From positions 68,946,001-69,010,000 of the forward strand of contig NW_024704742.1 of the NCBI RefSeq assembly GCF_018977255.1: a DNA stretch of 64,000 nt, in the 5' to 3' direction. The stretch comes from Callorhinchus milii. Its lineage: Eukaryota. Under the pieces are notes generated by a model. That model saw only the letters and a list, made by a program, of their open reading frames with translations, made no database searches and was not told the DNA's origin. Each line of letters begins with the position of its first letter. Positions within the stretch are counted from its first letter, which is position 1. Position numbers and translations under genes: made by a program. Of the stretch, positions 1 to 12,126 are shown one piece after another.

Positions 1-237
1 CAGTTCCAAGTTATTGCTAGGCAAACAGAAGTGTGTGGAGTAAGCAAGATTGCCTAATGTTTCACCCCACCTCGGAATCAAACCCAGGTCCTATCGTTTG
101 CAAGGTGAGTGCTGTAAACCACTACCCTACAGGACTCCCCATCTTCTCTGTAGGACAAAATGTCTGAATTTTTTTTCTTTTCACCTAACAGGCCATTGTA
201 ATACTGTAATGATTCCCCTCCTGTGTCTGTGTCACAG

Positions 238-331
238 CCATTGAACCAATAGTTTTCTCCACAGTCCACTGTTCTCAATCAACCTCAGAAAGAAGAAAAA
301 CATTAAGTAATGTCCGCAAAGAAACTCCAAG
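238..331 (+). other. Candidate exon A of an unidentified spliced transcript (alternative stronger acceptor at 192)
   Basis: Acceptors ttttttcttttcacctaacag|192 and tcccctcctgtgtctgtgtcacag|238; donor CCAAG|gtaaca at 332. From 238 one frame is open (IEPIVFSTVHCSQSTSERRKTLSNVRKETP); from 192 all three frames contain stops, so it may be UTR. Confidence 0.35.
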
Positions 332-587
332 GTAACAAAATGTCAGAATCAAGTCCACTCTCTGTGAATGTCTAAGTAATCCACTTCTTGTGCCAGGTAG
401 GTACACAGTATTCCCGGGCACTGCTCATGACAGCCCAGTCAGCCTGGCTTATCAATAGCACATAGAGGGGTAGACTGATCACTGGGGCCGGATTCTTTCC
501 ACTCAGCTCCTGTTAACCCTGAAAGCCAAATCCCTGATGGGTAGGGTGTCCTAGCTTGTCAAGCAGCGAGAAAGCTTGCCATAATTT

Positions 588-1012
588 TGTCAGCCTGGCT
601 CAGTGGTAGTGCTCTCACCTCTGAGTCAAAAGGTTGTGGATTCAAACCCCACGCCAGGACTTGGAATCACATAGTCTAAGCTGACACCACAATGCAGTAC
701 TGGGTTGAGTTGCAGTGTCGAAGGTGCCGTCCTTCGGATGAGATGTTAAATTGAGGTCCCATCTACCTGTTCAGGTGGATGTTAAAGATCCCATGGCGCT
801 ATTTGAAAGGAGAAGGAAGTTTCTCTCTCCCAGTGTCCTGGCCAACTAATTCCCCAAATAAAATTGGTCACTCACCCCATGACTGTTTGGGGACATTACT
901 GTGCACAACTGGCTGCCATGTTTTGCTCACAAAATACAGTCAAAACCACATGACAGCATACCCTGTGGTGCCCCTTAAGATGTCTCGACAACGTGATAAG
1001 GCTCTGTATCAA
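588..1012 (+). mobile_element. tRNA-derived DeuSINE (family B), near full length
   Basis: Pol III A box TGGCTCAGTGG and B box GATTCAAACCC; Deu-domain core GGTGCCGTCCTTCGGATGAGATGTTAAA...TTCAGGTGGATGTTAAAGATCCCATGGC; L2-like tail. Confidence 0.85.
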
Positions 1013-1039
1013 ATCTACTGCCCTACTATCTCCAGCACT

Positions 1040-1240
1040 GGGAGTCAGCACTAGGGATCAGCACCAGGGCTCAGCTTTCGGCCATTCTCCCTCTGGAATT
1101 CCATCCAGGAGTCCCTTTCCTCACTACCCTCGTTCAAGCCCATTTCCTGACATACCTCTTTGACATCCGTTACTGTGAAGTGCTCTGAGACGCCCCAGGC
1201 ACGGAGGGCACTATATAAATCCAAGTTGTTGTTGTTGTTG
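1040..1240 (+). mobile_element. L2 LINE 3' fragment
   Basis: CTCTGGAATTCCATCC (LWNS motif); terminus matches 15360-15440; (TTG)n tail. Confidence 0.75.
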
Positions 1241-1744
1241 ACTGCACTTTCGGTCACCTTTCCTTTTCCCAGCCCTCTTGGCTCCCCACACCCTCAGCTC
1301 GGATGCCCAGCCAGCAGTCTGAAGTATTTTGAGTTGTTCTCCCAATGTGAAAGAGGTTGTATAAACATCAATTATGTTGTTGTTATTTCAGTTTCCAATC
1401 AAAAAAGACTCAATGTAATAAGAATCCTTGCATGTGATTCCATGATAGAGCTTATAACATCAAAATGTCTCAGAGCATTTCACAGATAATTGTTGTCAAG
1501 TGCAATGACAGTGTATTTGTAGAAAAATGCAGAAGCCAATTCCCAGAGAGCAAGACTCTTAAAGCAGCATACCAATTTTATCTGGGGGGATTCTTCGTGG
1601 GAGGTTGTAGGAGGGCACAGGTCACACCCGCAAAACAAAACTTGCACAAGGATTTTAACAATAAGAAAGATTTATTTTGAAAAGGAAGCTCTATCTTTTA
1701 AATCCATCTTCTCCAGACTCCCTTTATTTCTCTCCAGCAACCAT

Positions 1745-2095
1745 CAACACCAACAACAACTTGCATTTATATGGCGCGCCTCACGCTAGGCAGCATCCCA
1801 GAGCTCTTGACAGTGGCTGAGCACAACACCGAGCCAGGGGGAGGTGACCATAGGCACCGTCGAAGAGGAAGATCTTCAGCCGCGACCTGAAGATGGGGAA
1901 GGAAGGGGCAAGACGGAGGAATAGAGGAAGCATGTTCCAGAGTTTCGGGGCATAGTGGCTGAAAGGGCAGCCACCAATGGTGGAACAGAGCGCACGAGAG
2001 ACATGCAGAAGGCCAGAGCCAGTCAAGCAGAGACAGCAAGTAGCGTGTTGGAGGATAAGCAGGTTGGAGAGGGAGGGAGGTGCCAGAACATGAAG
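1745..2095 (-). mobile_element. L2 LINE 3' fragment
   Basis: Translates to SRALCSTIGGCPFSHYAPKLWNMLPLFLRLAPSFPIFRSRLKIFLF (L2 ORF2 C-terminus); (TTG)n tail. Confidence 0.85.
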
Positions 2096-2611
2096 GGATC
2101 TTGTATTGTGCTCATTAACCTGTGGCTGGTGCTCAATTAGCACTTAGGGCTGTAACTCGAAAAGCCATTTTGGAGTCCAGCTCTTGTTTGTTCCCTTGAT
2201 TGTGACCGAGTCACACAATAAAACACGTTCCTTTATACATAGGTTGAGCACCAGTAACCATAAAAAGCAGTAATAGTAATAGAGTTTATAAATACAACAC
2301 AATACAATATTACATTTGTATAGAGTCTTTCATGTCCCCTGTCACGGAGGTTCTTTGAGAACAGTGCCGTGGGATCTTAAACATCCATCTGAACAGGCAG
2401 ACAGGACCTCTGTTTAATGTTTCACCTGAAGGATGATGCCTTCCACAATGCAATGCCGCACTGGGTACTGCAGACCAAGTTACTCTAGAGCAGGAGTTCA
2501 AAGAGAGTGTGAACCGAAGGCTAGAGTGCTGCCAACTGTGCCAAGCTGACATCTGTCAGGAGCCTCCTTCTCCCAACAGCGCCTGATTACACTAACTTGT
2601 TCATTCCGTAG

Positions 2612-2680
2612 ACACGACTGGGCTGAGTCAAACTGCCCATCACTATCTTTGGCCTTCAGTTTATTCCTATTCCTTTTCTG
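2612..2680 (+). other. Candidate exon B (69 nt)
   Basis: Consensus branch point CACTAAC, pyrimidine tract ttgttcattccgtag, donor TG|gtatgt; lies in a repeat-free island. Phase-2 reading HDWAESNCPSLSLAFSLFLFLF. Confidence 0.45.
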
Positions 2681-3189
2681 GTATGTGCTGACTGATCTCA
2701 GCTCACACTGACTGCCACTCGACAGCAGATCCATACCCTGATTGATGTTGACTCTTCCCATGGATAGGTTGACTGATGACTTTGTGTGTCAGCCTGGCTC
2801 AGTTGGTAGCACTCTCACATCTGAATCAGAATATTGTGGATTCAATCCCCATGTCAGGACTTGGAATCACACAGTCTAAACTGACACTCCAATGCAGTGT
2901 TGGAGGGTGTTGTATTGTTGAAGGTGCCATTTTTGTGACCAAACCTGGAACTTTTCTCTCAGCCAATGGACACATCTCCTGGTGACAGCTCTCTCACGTC
3001 AGACGATGACTTAAAGCTTACAATCCCATCGGCTACCCATCGGCTGGTCCATGTTTCAGGACGCAATCAGCCCCAATTTCCCAGGATTGGGTGCTGCTCT
3101 CTCTCATCTCTTAAGATATGTTTCTGGTCATAAATAATAATAATCCTTGCATTTTATATAACACCTTTAATGTCAGAAAGACACACACA

Positions 3190-3595
3190 TGTGGTAGCAC
3201 TCTCGCCTCTGGGTCAAAAGGTTGTGGGTCCAAGCCCCACATTGGGAATTGGAGCCTACATAGTGTAAGCTGACACTTCATTCCAGATGTGCTGCATTGT
3301 CAGAGGTGCAGTTCCTTGGAATGAGACTTTAAACAGACTTCTTGTCGGCTTATCCAGGCAGATGTTAGGATGCCCTGGCTCTAATAAAAAAAGAGAAGGG
3401 AGTTTCTGAATAACAACCCTGAAAAAAATAAGTTATTCACGCCATGGCTGTCTTTGGAACATTGCTGTGCACTTATTGATTGCATCCCTCACAAAACACA
3501 CAGTCGTTACACTTTACAGTGTATCCTGTGAAGCAGTTTGAGATATTCTTCCGATGTGAAACATGCTGGAACAAATGATTAAGGATTATTATTGC
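3190..3595 (+). mobile_element. DeuSINE family B, diverged
   Basis: Colinear similarity to 588-1012 with (ATT)n tail. Confidence 0.75.
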
Positions 3596-3767
3596 CAGCA
3601 TTATTGTTGATTATTATTAAATTGCACTGGTAGGGAAGCATTCATCCATTTCTCTGAATATTGAGTTTCAGTGCCTAATATTTCTCACAATACTTTCTAG
3701 CGTTGTCATGGAAACCATGAATACCCAAATGTGCTAATGCAATCCCATTACTGCTGCCATTCCAAAG

Positions 3768-3917
3768 GATAATTATGGAAAGTGTGACTTCCCCTGCCCA
3801 AAGCACTTCGGATTGTCATAAGGCAGTGTCAGACAGACATTTGTATGATTGGATGAATCGATTAGAGCATTCACCTCGCAAATGCGAAGATCCTGTCTCA
3901 AACTCCCTCAGAAAAAG
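3768..3917 (+). CDS. Candidate coding exon C (150 nt) of an unidentified gene
   Basis: Acceptor gctaat...ccattccaaag, perfect donor AAG|gtaagt. Only one frame is open: IIMESVTSPAQSTSDCHKAVSDRHLYDWMNRLEHSPRKCEDPVSNSLRK. ATG at 3775 has A at -3 and G at +4. Confidence 0.4.
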
Positions 3918-3985
3918 GTAAGTGATAAACATAGTACGAGAATCATAGAATCTAACAGCACAGAAAGAGGCCATTCAGGCCAGTA

Positions 3986-4343
3986 GTCCTGTAACGTCTT
4001 GGTTAGAGCACTCCCAAGTGAGAGACCTGGGTTTGATTCCCAGCAGGGTGAAATGTTGGGCAAGCTTACACACATTTATTTACCTAACAATAAGTAGGAA
4101 CCCGGTTGTTGGCTAATTGGCAGATTGCTTTCTGGGGCTAATAATCCATTCAAAAATAGGAAATAAAAAAACATACGGTCACTCAATTTACAACTGTTTG
4201 TGGGACACTGCTGTCCACAATTGGCTGCCGCGTTTCGCTCACAATAAATACAGTCAATTCACTTCACAATATATTCTGTAAATCTCTTTGAGACACCTCA
4301 ATGATGTGATAAGGTGCTGTATCAAATGCAAGGATTATTATTA
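3986..4343 (+). mobile_element. tRNA-derived SINE family A
   Basis: Head with GGTTTGATTCCC B box, GGGCAAG...TTTACCTAACAATAAGTAGGAACCCGG body, Deu-type 3' half, (ATT)n tail. Confidence 0.8.
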
Positions 4344-4354
4344 TCCCTTTTGAT

Positions 4355-4745
4355 AATAGTAATAATCCCTACATTGGATACAGTACCTTTCATGTCAGAA
4401 AGCTCAAAGAGCTTTCAAGTGTATTTACTGTGCATTTTGTAAGCAAACGCAGCATCTAATTTGCACACAGCAATATCCCGCAAATGGCCATGGGATGAAA
4501 AATTGATTTTATCTTGGGAGATTGTTGACCAGGACACCAGGACAGAGAAACCCACTACACTTTTCGAGTTCTGCCGTAGTATCTGTAACGTCCACCTGAA
4601 CAGGCAGTTGGAACCTCGGTTTAACATATATCATTCGAAGGGCGGCACGTCCAACAACACAATACCCCCCAGCATTGGCACTGAAGCATCACCATAGATC
4701 ACAGATAGATCCTGACGTGGGGCTTGACCCAACAACCTGAGCCAA
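4355..4745 (-). mobile_element. DeuSINE family B
   Basis: Reverse-complement match to 588-1012. Confidence 0.75.
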
Positions 4746-4880
4746 AATGACACACGTAACCCATTGTATCAACTACTCACAAGCCCTGGGCGGCCCAAAC
4801 AATGTATGTAGCTGACATACCACTACCGCTGGCTTCCCAGCCAACGCGTACAGTTTTACTGCCAATTGATTCACTGCCAG

Positions 4881-4944
4881 GGCCATTCCTCTTTGTCCGC
4901 AATTTACAAATTACAGCAACAAGCTGCCAGGAGTGGGCATGTGT
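4881..4944 (+). CDS. Candidate coding exon D (64 nt)
   Basis: Acceptor attgattcactgccag, donor |gtgagt; phase 2->0 reading AIPLCPQFTNYSNKLPGVGMC is compatible with exon C. All three frames are open, so the frame is not independently fixed. Confidence 0.35.
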
Positions 4945-5499
4945 GTGAGTTAAACAGGAATTAGTCATTTCTATCCACAGGCCAATATCCACAATAATCC
5001 ATATCCCGTTCGCTCAGGCCATCTGCTGCATGTAGCAGCACGTAGTAGTAACTAGTCTCACTGCTAGCTAGTGGGCAGCAATCCTCAATCTTAGTCTCCC
5101 ACTTCCCTCCCTGCTAGTCAAGTACATCAACAGTACGAACTGGTAATGGTTGGCACATGCAGAGAAGTGAAAGGGACTGGGTGTCAGCCTGATAGCACTC
5201 TTGCCTCTGAGTCAGCATGATGGTGGGTTCAAGCCCTGCGTCATGACTTTGAGCTCTTGTCGAGGCTGATGCGCCAGTGCAGTGCTGGGGGTTGGGGCTG
5301 CATTGTCAGAGATATCATCCTTCAGACGAGACATTAAACTGCTGGAGATTAACTAACTAAAACCACACAGCTTGCCACTACAAACAGTGACTGCCAAACT
5401 TCCTGCTTCTTGTCCAGCACAGATAAACCCCAAGTAACATTGTGATCTTGGAGGTTACTTCTAAGGTTGTGTCGATTACTGACAGAACCACATTTGGAA

Positions 5500-5830
5500 T
5501 GCCAATACAGTGCGGGGGGGCTGCATTATCAGAGGTGCTGTTGTTCAGATGAAATGTTAAACCGAGGTCCCATACGTCTGTTCAGGTGGATGTTAAAAAT
5601 CCCGGGGCACTACTCGAAGAGAAGGGAGTTTCTCCCAGTGTCCTGGCCAACAATTCCCACAAATAAAATCAGTGACTCACTTCAAGGTTGTTTGTGGGTC
5701 ATTACTGTGTACAAATTGGCTGCCACATTCTCCCACAAAATACACACATACAGATCACTTTACAGTATATGCAGTGAAGCTCTTTTAAGACGTCTCAACG
5801 ATGTGATAAGGTGCTGTATCAAATGCAAGG

Positions 5831-5863
<33 letters not shown>
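5500..5863 (+). mobile_element. DeuSINE family B with expanded (ATT)n tail
   Basis: Deu core sequence; ATT run 5831-5863. Confidence 0.8.
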
Positions 5864-5865
<2 letters not shown>

Positions 5866-6282
5866 CTACTCCACAATCACTAGGCAAGCTTTTTACCATT
5901 CCTGCCCCTTCCCCACACTCTTCAGCTTCGCACACCTACACTGGGTGCCCAACCAGCTGTGTGAAGGGCTTTGAGATGTACTCTTCAAGAAACAATGATG
6001 TAAAAAATGTACTGTATTGTAAAAGCCCTAGGCTATTGATTACTGCATCAAGTGATTGAGTATTTCTGAACAATCAGGGACTGAATTACTGAATTCCATT
6101 GTTTAGTTGACATTACTAACTATAAATTGTGGAGCAATATGTTTACATACTTTACGACCAAGCAATCAGACTTGGTAACATCATTTACCTGACGTTCCTG
6201 ACAATAGTAATTGTTCTTTTCCATGTAACATATTTATTAACAATGACACTTCTCACATTTGATACAATGTATTTCACATCAG

Positions 6283-6358
6283 GAAGATATCTCAAGTTTC
6301 CTGCTGCTTGTTCAGACAGGATCACTCTACCTATATGGGGATAACCTGGTTACTGAAA
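6283..6358 (+). CDS. Candidate coding exon E (76 nt)
   Basis: Acceptor atttcacatcag, donor AA|gtaggt; phase 0->1 reading EDISSFLLLVQTGSLYLYGDNLVTE. Confidence 0.33.
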
Positions 6359-6669
6359 GTAGGTTATCCAGTCTGTCTTTTCTTTGATCTCTTGCAAACA
6401 ATTCTGTGCACATTATCTCCCTCCCCCCACCTCCCCATGTCTCTGGGACGCCATCCTCATGCATTCCAACAGTAATGATGTGCCATACTTTACCTTAAAA
6501 TCAAATGCATCATTGATAAAAAAACCTGACTCTTTTGGTAATTCAGCTCACCGGTATCAGTGAGAAGCCCGAATTCCATCATGTCTTAAGCCCATGCTTG
6601 TCATAAAATTTAAGATCAACAGCTTCCGCTTACACAATCCTTTCACTCCGTTAAAAAAGAGGCTGGGGA

Positions 6670-7022
6670 TTTTCTTACTCAGCTCCTGGTAACCTTGCAA
6701 GCCCAAAGCCTTAACTGGTAGGGTGTTCCTAGCTAGATAAGCAGTGGGTAAGCTTGCCAGACAGGGCTCTCAATGGCAAGCTATGAGGTTTCATCCAGCA
6801 GTACCCCAGCGCACACTCTACAATTCCCAAGCCTTGGCTCTCGCCAATGTGTGTCTGATATGCTCCAGGATAAGCAGGGTGCATCCCCCAGTGATAAAGT
6901 GCCCATTCTATTCCAGATACAGGGAAACATCCAGGTGCGATGGCATACATATGTGGAATTCTCAGTCTGATTGGAATACTCTTCAGCACAGTGATGTTTT
7001 TCCTCATGTATCAGACACCAAA
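6670..7022. repeat. Unclassified interspersed repeat (family X); other copies near 400-580, 8090-8360, 8940-9180, 16340-16570, 38570-38840, 44180-44700, 45570-45810, 46690-46865
   Basis: Shared motifs GGGTGGTCCTAGCTGGACAAGCAG, GCTTGCCAGACAG..CTCTCAATGGCAAGC, GACTCCAGCAGTTACCCC, CCAAGCCTTGGCTCTTGCCAACCTGC in both orientations. Confidence 0.8.
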
Positions 7023-7084
7023 AATAACCATGGTAAATACTGTATATGTATAAATGGAAAAATTCTATAGTCTTAATACGAATA

Positions 7085-7435
7085 ACCTTTGCAATTGATA
7101 TCACGCCTTATTACGTCTTCGAGACGTATCAAAGCTGTTCACAGAATATACTGTAAAGTGAATTGACTGTTTATTTTGTGCAAAATTCAACAGCCAATTG
7201 CGCACAACAGTGTCCCACAAACAGTCATGGATTGAGTAACCAAATTATTTATTCATTTTTTGAAGGGATTATTATCCCTGGAAACCGATCCGCCAATTGA
7301 CTAACAAACAAGTTCCTACTTGCTTCTAGGCAAGTAGAGGTGTGTGAAGTAAGGAAACTTGCCTAAGGTTTCGCCCCAGCGGGAAACAGACACGGCTACT
7401 CTCGCTTGCGAGGCGAGTGATCTTACTAATACACT
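7085..7435 (-). mobile_element. SINE family A
   Basis: Full colinear reverse-complement match to family A. Confidence 0.8.
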
Positions 7436-8449
7436 TCAGAAATCTACAAAATGTAATTTTGTGTTTTATTGTGGATCAAAGCAATGGTGGTGTTGTACCT
7501 CCAGAACATAAAATAAATAATGGTCACAGGAAAAAAAAGCAAAATACAGATTCTCCATAGCCTGTCTCCAATCCTGCACGCTGGGCTGTGAAGCGTGGAG
7601 GCCTGCTCACTGGTCTCCTCATTACCTTCCAAATCCTCAGCAGAAGATATCCTACGAAGGGAATGAAGTCAGTGGAGCATGCAGCAAGTTTTATAAGCAG
7701 CCTGTATACAGCAGCTAGCACATTGCAATTCAGTTTGACCTTCTGTCTGTTAATCAGAGCGGCCAGCCATGGTGTAGATTGCATTCTTATCACATCGTTG
7801 AGACGTCTCAAAGTGCTTCACAAAATATACTGTAAAGTAAATTGACTGTATATTTTTTGGGCAAAACGCAGTAGCCAATTACTCACAGTGATGTCCCACA
7901 AACAGTCATGGATTGAATGACCAAATTATTATTATTCCTTTTTTTGGTGGGATTATTATCACCGGCAAGCAATCCGCCAATCCACTAGCAACCGGGTTCC
8001 TACTTACTGCTAGGTAAACAAAAGCGTGTGGAGTAAGGAAAATTGCCTAATGTTTTGCCCCACCTGGCATTCCATGCATCCCACCTACACATGCAAATTC
8101 CACTGGAAAGTAATATGTGCAGGTTGCCAAGAGCCAAGGCGTGGGGACCCCAGAGTGTGCATTAGGGTAACTGCTGGAGTCTAACCAGCTAAAACTCCGT
8201 AGAGTGCCATTGATATAATTGTCTGACAAAGCTTTCCCACTGCTTGTCCAGCTAGGACCACCCTAACATTAACAGGAGCTGAGTGGGATGCCTCCCTGCC
8301 CCCAGTGACTGCCCTTCCAAGTCCTGTGATGACCCAGGCTGGCTGTGCTGTCATCAGTGCCCTGGAATACTGCAGACCTGCCTGGCTGAGGAATTGGACT
8401 ACTGAGACCACAACAGAGAGCTGGCTCGATTCCAACATTTCGTTTCCAG

Positions 8450-8651
8450 GCATGTCACCATGGAGCCAGTTCAGCTCCAAGGAGACTCCCCTTACACCAT
8501 CTAGCAGCAAGGCCTTAAGTGGAACAGCAATGTCGGAAGCAATAAACCCTGCACACCCAGATGTACACAGCATTAACAACTATGTTTAAGACTGCATTAA
8601 ACCTCAACTGCAATCTGTTTGGTGCAACGCAACAGTACAGATGCATATGAG
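8450..8651 (+). CDS. Candidate exon F containing the stop codon (TAA 8587-8589)
   Basis: Strong acceptor catttcgtttccag, strong donor GAG|gtaagc; phase-1 reading (S)MSPWSQFSSKETPLTPSSSKALSGTAMSEAINPAHPDVHSINNYV* is compatible with exon E. Confidence 0.35.
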
Positions 8652-9954
8652 GTAAGCGGCAAGAAATTACCATCATCTGTTGTTTTATTGGGTAATAAAT
8701 GGGAAATGCTTCACTTTAAGTTCATTAATATTATCAAGAAAGACAGAGAACTGAGTCAGCAGGGCTCTAGCTGAGGATGACTGCAGATTTTATTTTAACT
8801 GAGCTTTTCCTCTTGAATCTATATTCCAGTGGCTTTTCCTAGCCATGCAGTGTCGAGGGGATCATTGCATTGTTGGAGGTGCTGTCCTTCAGTTAAGACA
8901 ATAAACCAAGGTCCTGTCTGCCTGCTCAAACGGATAGAAGGGTGGTCCTAGTTGGACAAGCAGTGAGTGGGAAAGCTTGCCAGACAGCGATATATATGGC
9001 AAGCTGTGAGTTGCAGCGGGTTAGACTCCAGCAGTTACCCCAACACACACTCTGGCGTCCCCAAGCCTCAGTTCTTGCCAACCTGCGCCTAATACTCTCA
9101 GGAATTAGGTAAGCTGGATGCTTCCCTCCAGAGAGAGAGTACGCATTCCATTCCAACAATCTATCTCTGAAATTTACCACAGAAAGCAATCCGCCAATTG
9201 ACTAACAACAACAACAACAGCTTGCATTTATATAGCGCCCTTCATGCGGGGTAGCATCCCAGAGCGTTTTCTACTTACTGCTAGGTAAACCGGATTCCTA
9301 CATCTAGGTAAATAGAGGTGTGTGGAATGAGGTAACTTGCCACAGAAATGCCACCAAGGTGGATATTTCTGACCAGTTTTCTGGCTGATAACTGGGTCGT
9401 TTTTAACAATGATCATTAAAAATCCCTACGTCTTAAAACGAGCAAACACGTTACAAAGTTGTCAGCAATTGGTTGCAATCTTTCTTGTATATAGCAAGTA
9501 CAAATTTTCTCCCTCAACACTGCTTTTTGAAGCTCTTTGAATTACAGAATTGTACACCAGGAGAAGTTCACTTCTCATTTCAAAAAGTGCCAAGGGAACA
9601 CAAGAGCACAGGATTGGATGTGATCAATCTTGCGAAGGCCCTTCAGTCCATCTGATATCATCCCACCAGAACACCCAGGCTACTGTCCTTCCATCACAAT
9701 ATTGAGCTGCTTTTTAAATGAGTATCTGTGGCCTGGCCTCAACCACCTTTCCTGGCAACTTTTCCTTGTCATTGATTTCCCTCTGAGTAAAGCAAAGTTT
9801 CTTTAACTTCCATTTAACAGGACCCCGCTTTCATGCTTCATCCAAAGGATGGCACCTCTAACAATACAACACTTCCACCAGCACTACATTGGAGTGTCAG
9901 CCTAGACTGAGCTCAAAGTCTCAACATGGGTCTTGAACCCATAATAATAATAAC

Positions 9955-10225
9955 AGTAACAACAAAAGCAAACAACAAGATTACATTTGTATAGCGCTTT
10001 TCACGTCAGGAGGACGTCCCAAGCCGCTGAACAGTTAAGGGTTTGCACCCGAGCTGGGCGTTGGAATTAAAAGGGTTGGAGGATGGGGGGGTGGGGGTGT
10101 GGCTGAAGGCATGATCAAAGAGGAAGGTCTTGAGACAGGCCTTGAAGGAGGTGAGGGAGGGGGTGAGGCAGAGGGATTCGGGGATGGAGTTCCGGAGGGT
10201 GGGGGCAGAAAAGCTGATGGCAACC
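9955..10225 (-). mobile_element. L2 LINE 3' fragment (second subfamily)
   Basis: FSAPTLRNSIPESLCLTPSLTSFKACLKTFLFDHAF; terminus matches 29643-29760. Confidence 0.8.
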
Positions 10226-10374
10226 TTCTGACTCAGAGGAAAGAATGCTACCAATTGAGTTGACAACAGATTAATGCAAACATAAAATAGAACATCGGTG
10301 ACTAGTATGGTTGTCTGTGCAGAACTGAAGTTCCCATCAGGGACCCAGTTTTCACTAACAGTCTCGTGGCCAGG

Positions 10375-11230
10375 CATAAGAACATAAGAAATGCTAGACG
10401 ATAAAAGACCAAGGTCCATCTAATTCACCTTACACCTTCCTGGTGGTCACATGCACGTATGTCCCAAGCTACCTATGTACTATATCCCATTTCCTAAAAG
10501 AAAATTATCTAATCTATGAATCAACACTTCCTGCTTCAACTGTCTCCTTAAGGAATCTATTCCACAGGTTCACTATTCGCTCACTGAAATAGTGTTTGCG
10601 TAGATTAATTTTGAATTTACCTCCTGCAATCGCAGGCCATGGCCTCTGGTTTTACTATTCTGGACAAGTTGAAATGGCCAGTCATGATCTATATTGTCTT
10701 GCCCCTTTAGAATCTTAAAACAGCAATCATATCCCCTCTCAATCTTCCCCTTTCCAGCCTGAACATGTCCAATTTACTTAGTCGCTCCTCATAGTCCAGT
10801 CTTTCCATTCCCTCAATCATTTTGGTTGCCCTCCTCTGTATCTTCTCAATTTCTCCAATGTCCTTTTTGTACTGTGGTGTCTAGAGTCTAGAACTGTACA
10901 CAGTACTCTAAGTATGGTCTCACCAATAATTTATACAGTGGCAGGATTACCCCATTATTTTGGCTTGCAATTGATATTTTGATACATCCCAACATCTGGT
11001 TGCTTTACTCGCCGCCACAGAGAGAGCTTCATTTTATTATCAATCACCCCCAAATCCTTTTCATTTTCCATACATATTATTTTCCTTCTGCTCAAATAAA
11101 AGTCCTTTCCAGGATTTTCGTCACCATTTGAAGTACTTTACATTTCTCCACATTGAATTTCAACGCCACTGATCAGCCCATTTCCCAAATTCTCCTGTAG
11201 CCCATCTTGTTCAGCTTCATAATCTACCAC
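10375..11230 (-). mobile_element. CR1 LINE 3' remnant
   Basis: Reverse strand encodes VRPYLEYCVQF (CR1 ORF2 motif LVRPHLEYCVQFW); terminal (TTCTTATG)n repeat seen as cataagaacataag. Confidence 0.8.
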
Positions 11231-12126
11231 CTTCATAGGCATTCACCTATTGATTGAATAAAACTTCTCTGAGACGTTGTATACACAGATGCCTGATGCC
11301 TGCCCTTGAACCCCACTGGATTGTTACCACTTGCCTCACAATATATATTTCACAGCCTGAAAACCTTAACATCCAATGTTTAGCCACAAAAATGCTGTTC
11401 TTATACACTGAGTATATACACCACTCATCATCAGCTTGTGGGGAATTCCTTCTATCTATTCAGCAAGGGTTCAAACATGTGCTTATTGGATATCTAATGG
11501 CCAGGGCCAATACAAAATTACAGAAAGATTTACCAAAAAATGTGGGGAAACTTTACATATTTCACGGAAAATTGTGGGGAGTTGATTGGTGCTATTGAAA
11601 GGTACATTTTACTGCCAACCTACATTTTTTCACTTTATTGATAAAAACTAAACATGAAGAAATAACACATATTAGATTGTTGCAAAAAAGATTGTTAGGG
11701 AAACACCAGCGCAGGCCCAAAGGGCCTAGAGATCCACCAAAAAACAGCACTGCTCACCAAGCGAGCCAGTGTCCTGACTGCAGGGCTACAAGATGTCATC
11801 ACCTACTGCCTTTCGATGTCCGCCAACGCACACAGAGAGAGAAACACACAGACATAGACACGAACAGACACACACAAATACTCATAGACAGAGAGAAAGA
11901 TTGCCCGGGAATCAAACCTACGTCCTCTCACTTGCGAGGCAAGCACTCTAACCAATATGCTACGGGACTCCACAATGAATGTTAAAATTAATGCTTGCAT
12001 TTGATACAAGCTCAAATCTCAAAAGTGTTTTACGGATAAGATCACAATATTGGTTTGGGTGAAGAAAGCCCGTCAACCCATCTGATCTCATCCCTCCACA
12101 ACCCCCACCCTGCTGTCCCCCCATAA

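Noticed and set aside
5467..5883. Recurrent peptides such as MLNRGPICLFRWMLKIP and [12 protein letters not shown] in many ORFs
   Set aside because: Chance translations of SINE bodies, not a protein family.
6283..6358. Resemblance of LLLVQTGSLYLYG (after an RKR site) to TNF-family ligands
   Set aside because: Only a short, weak motif; the rest of a TNF domain is not found.
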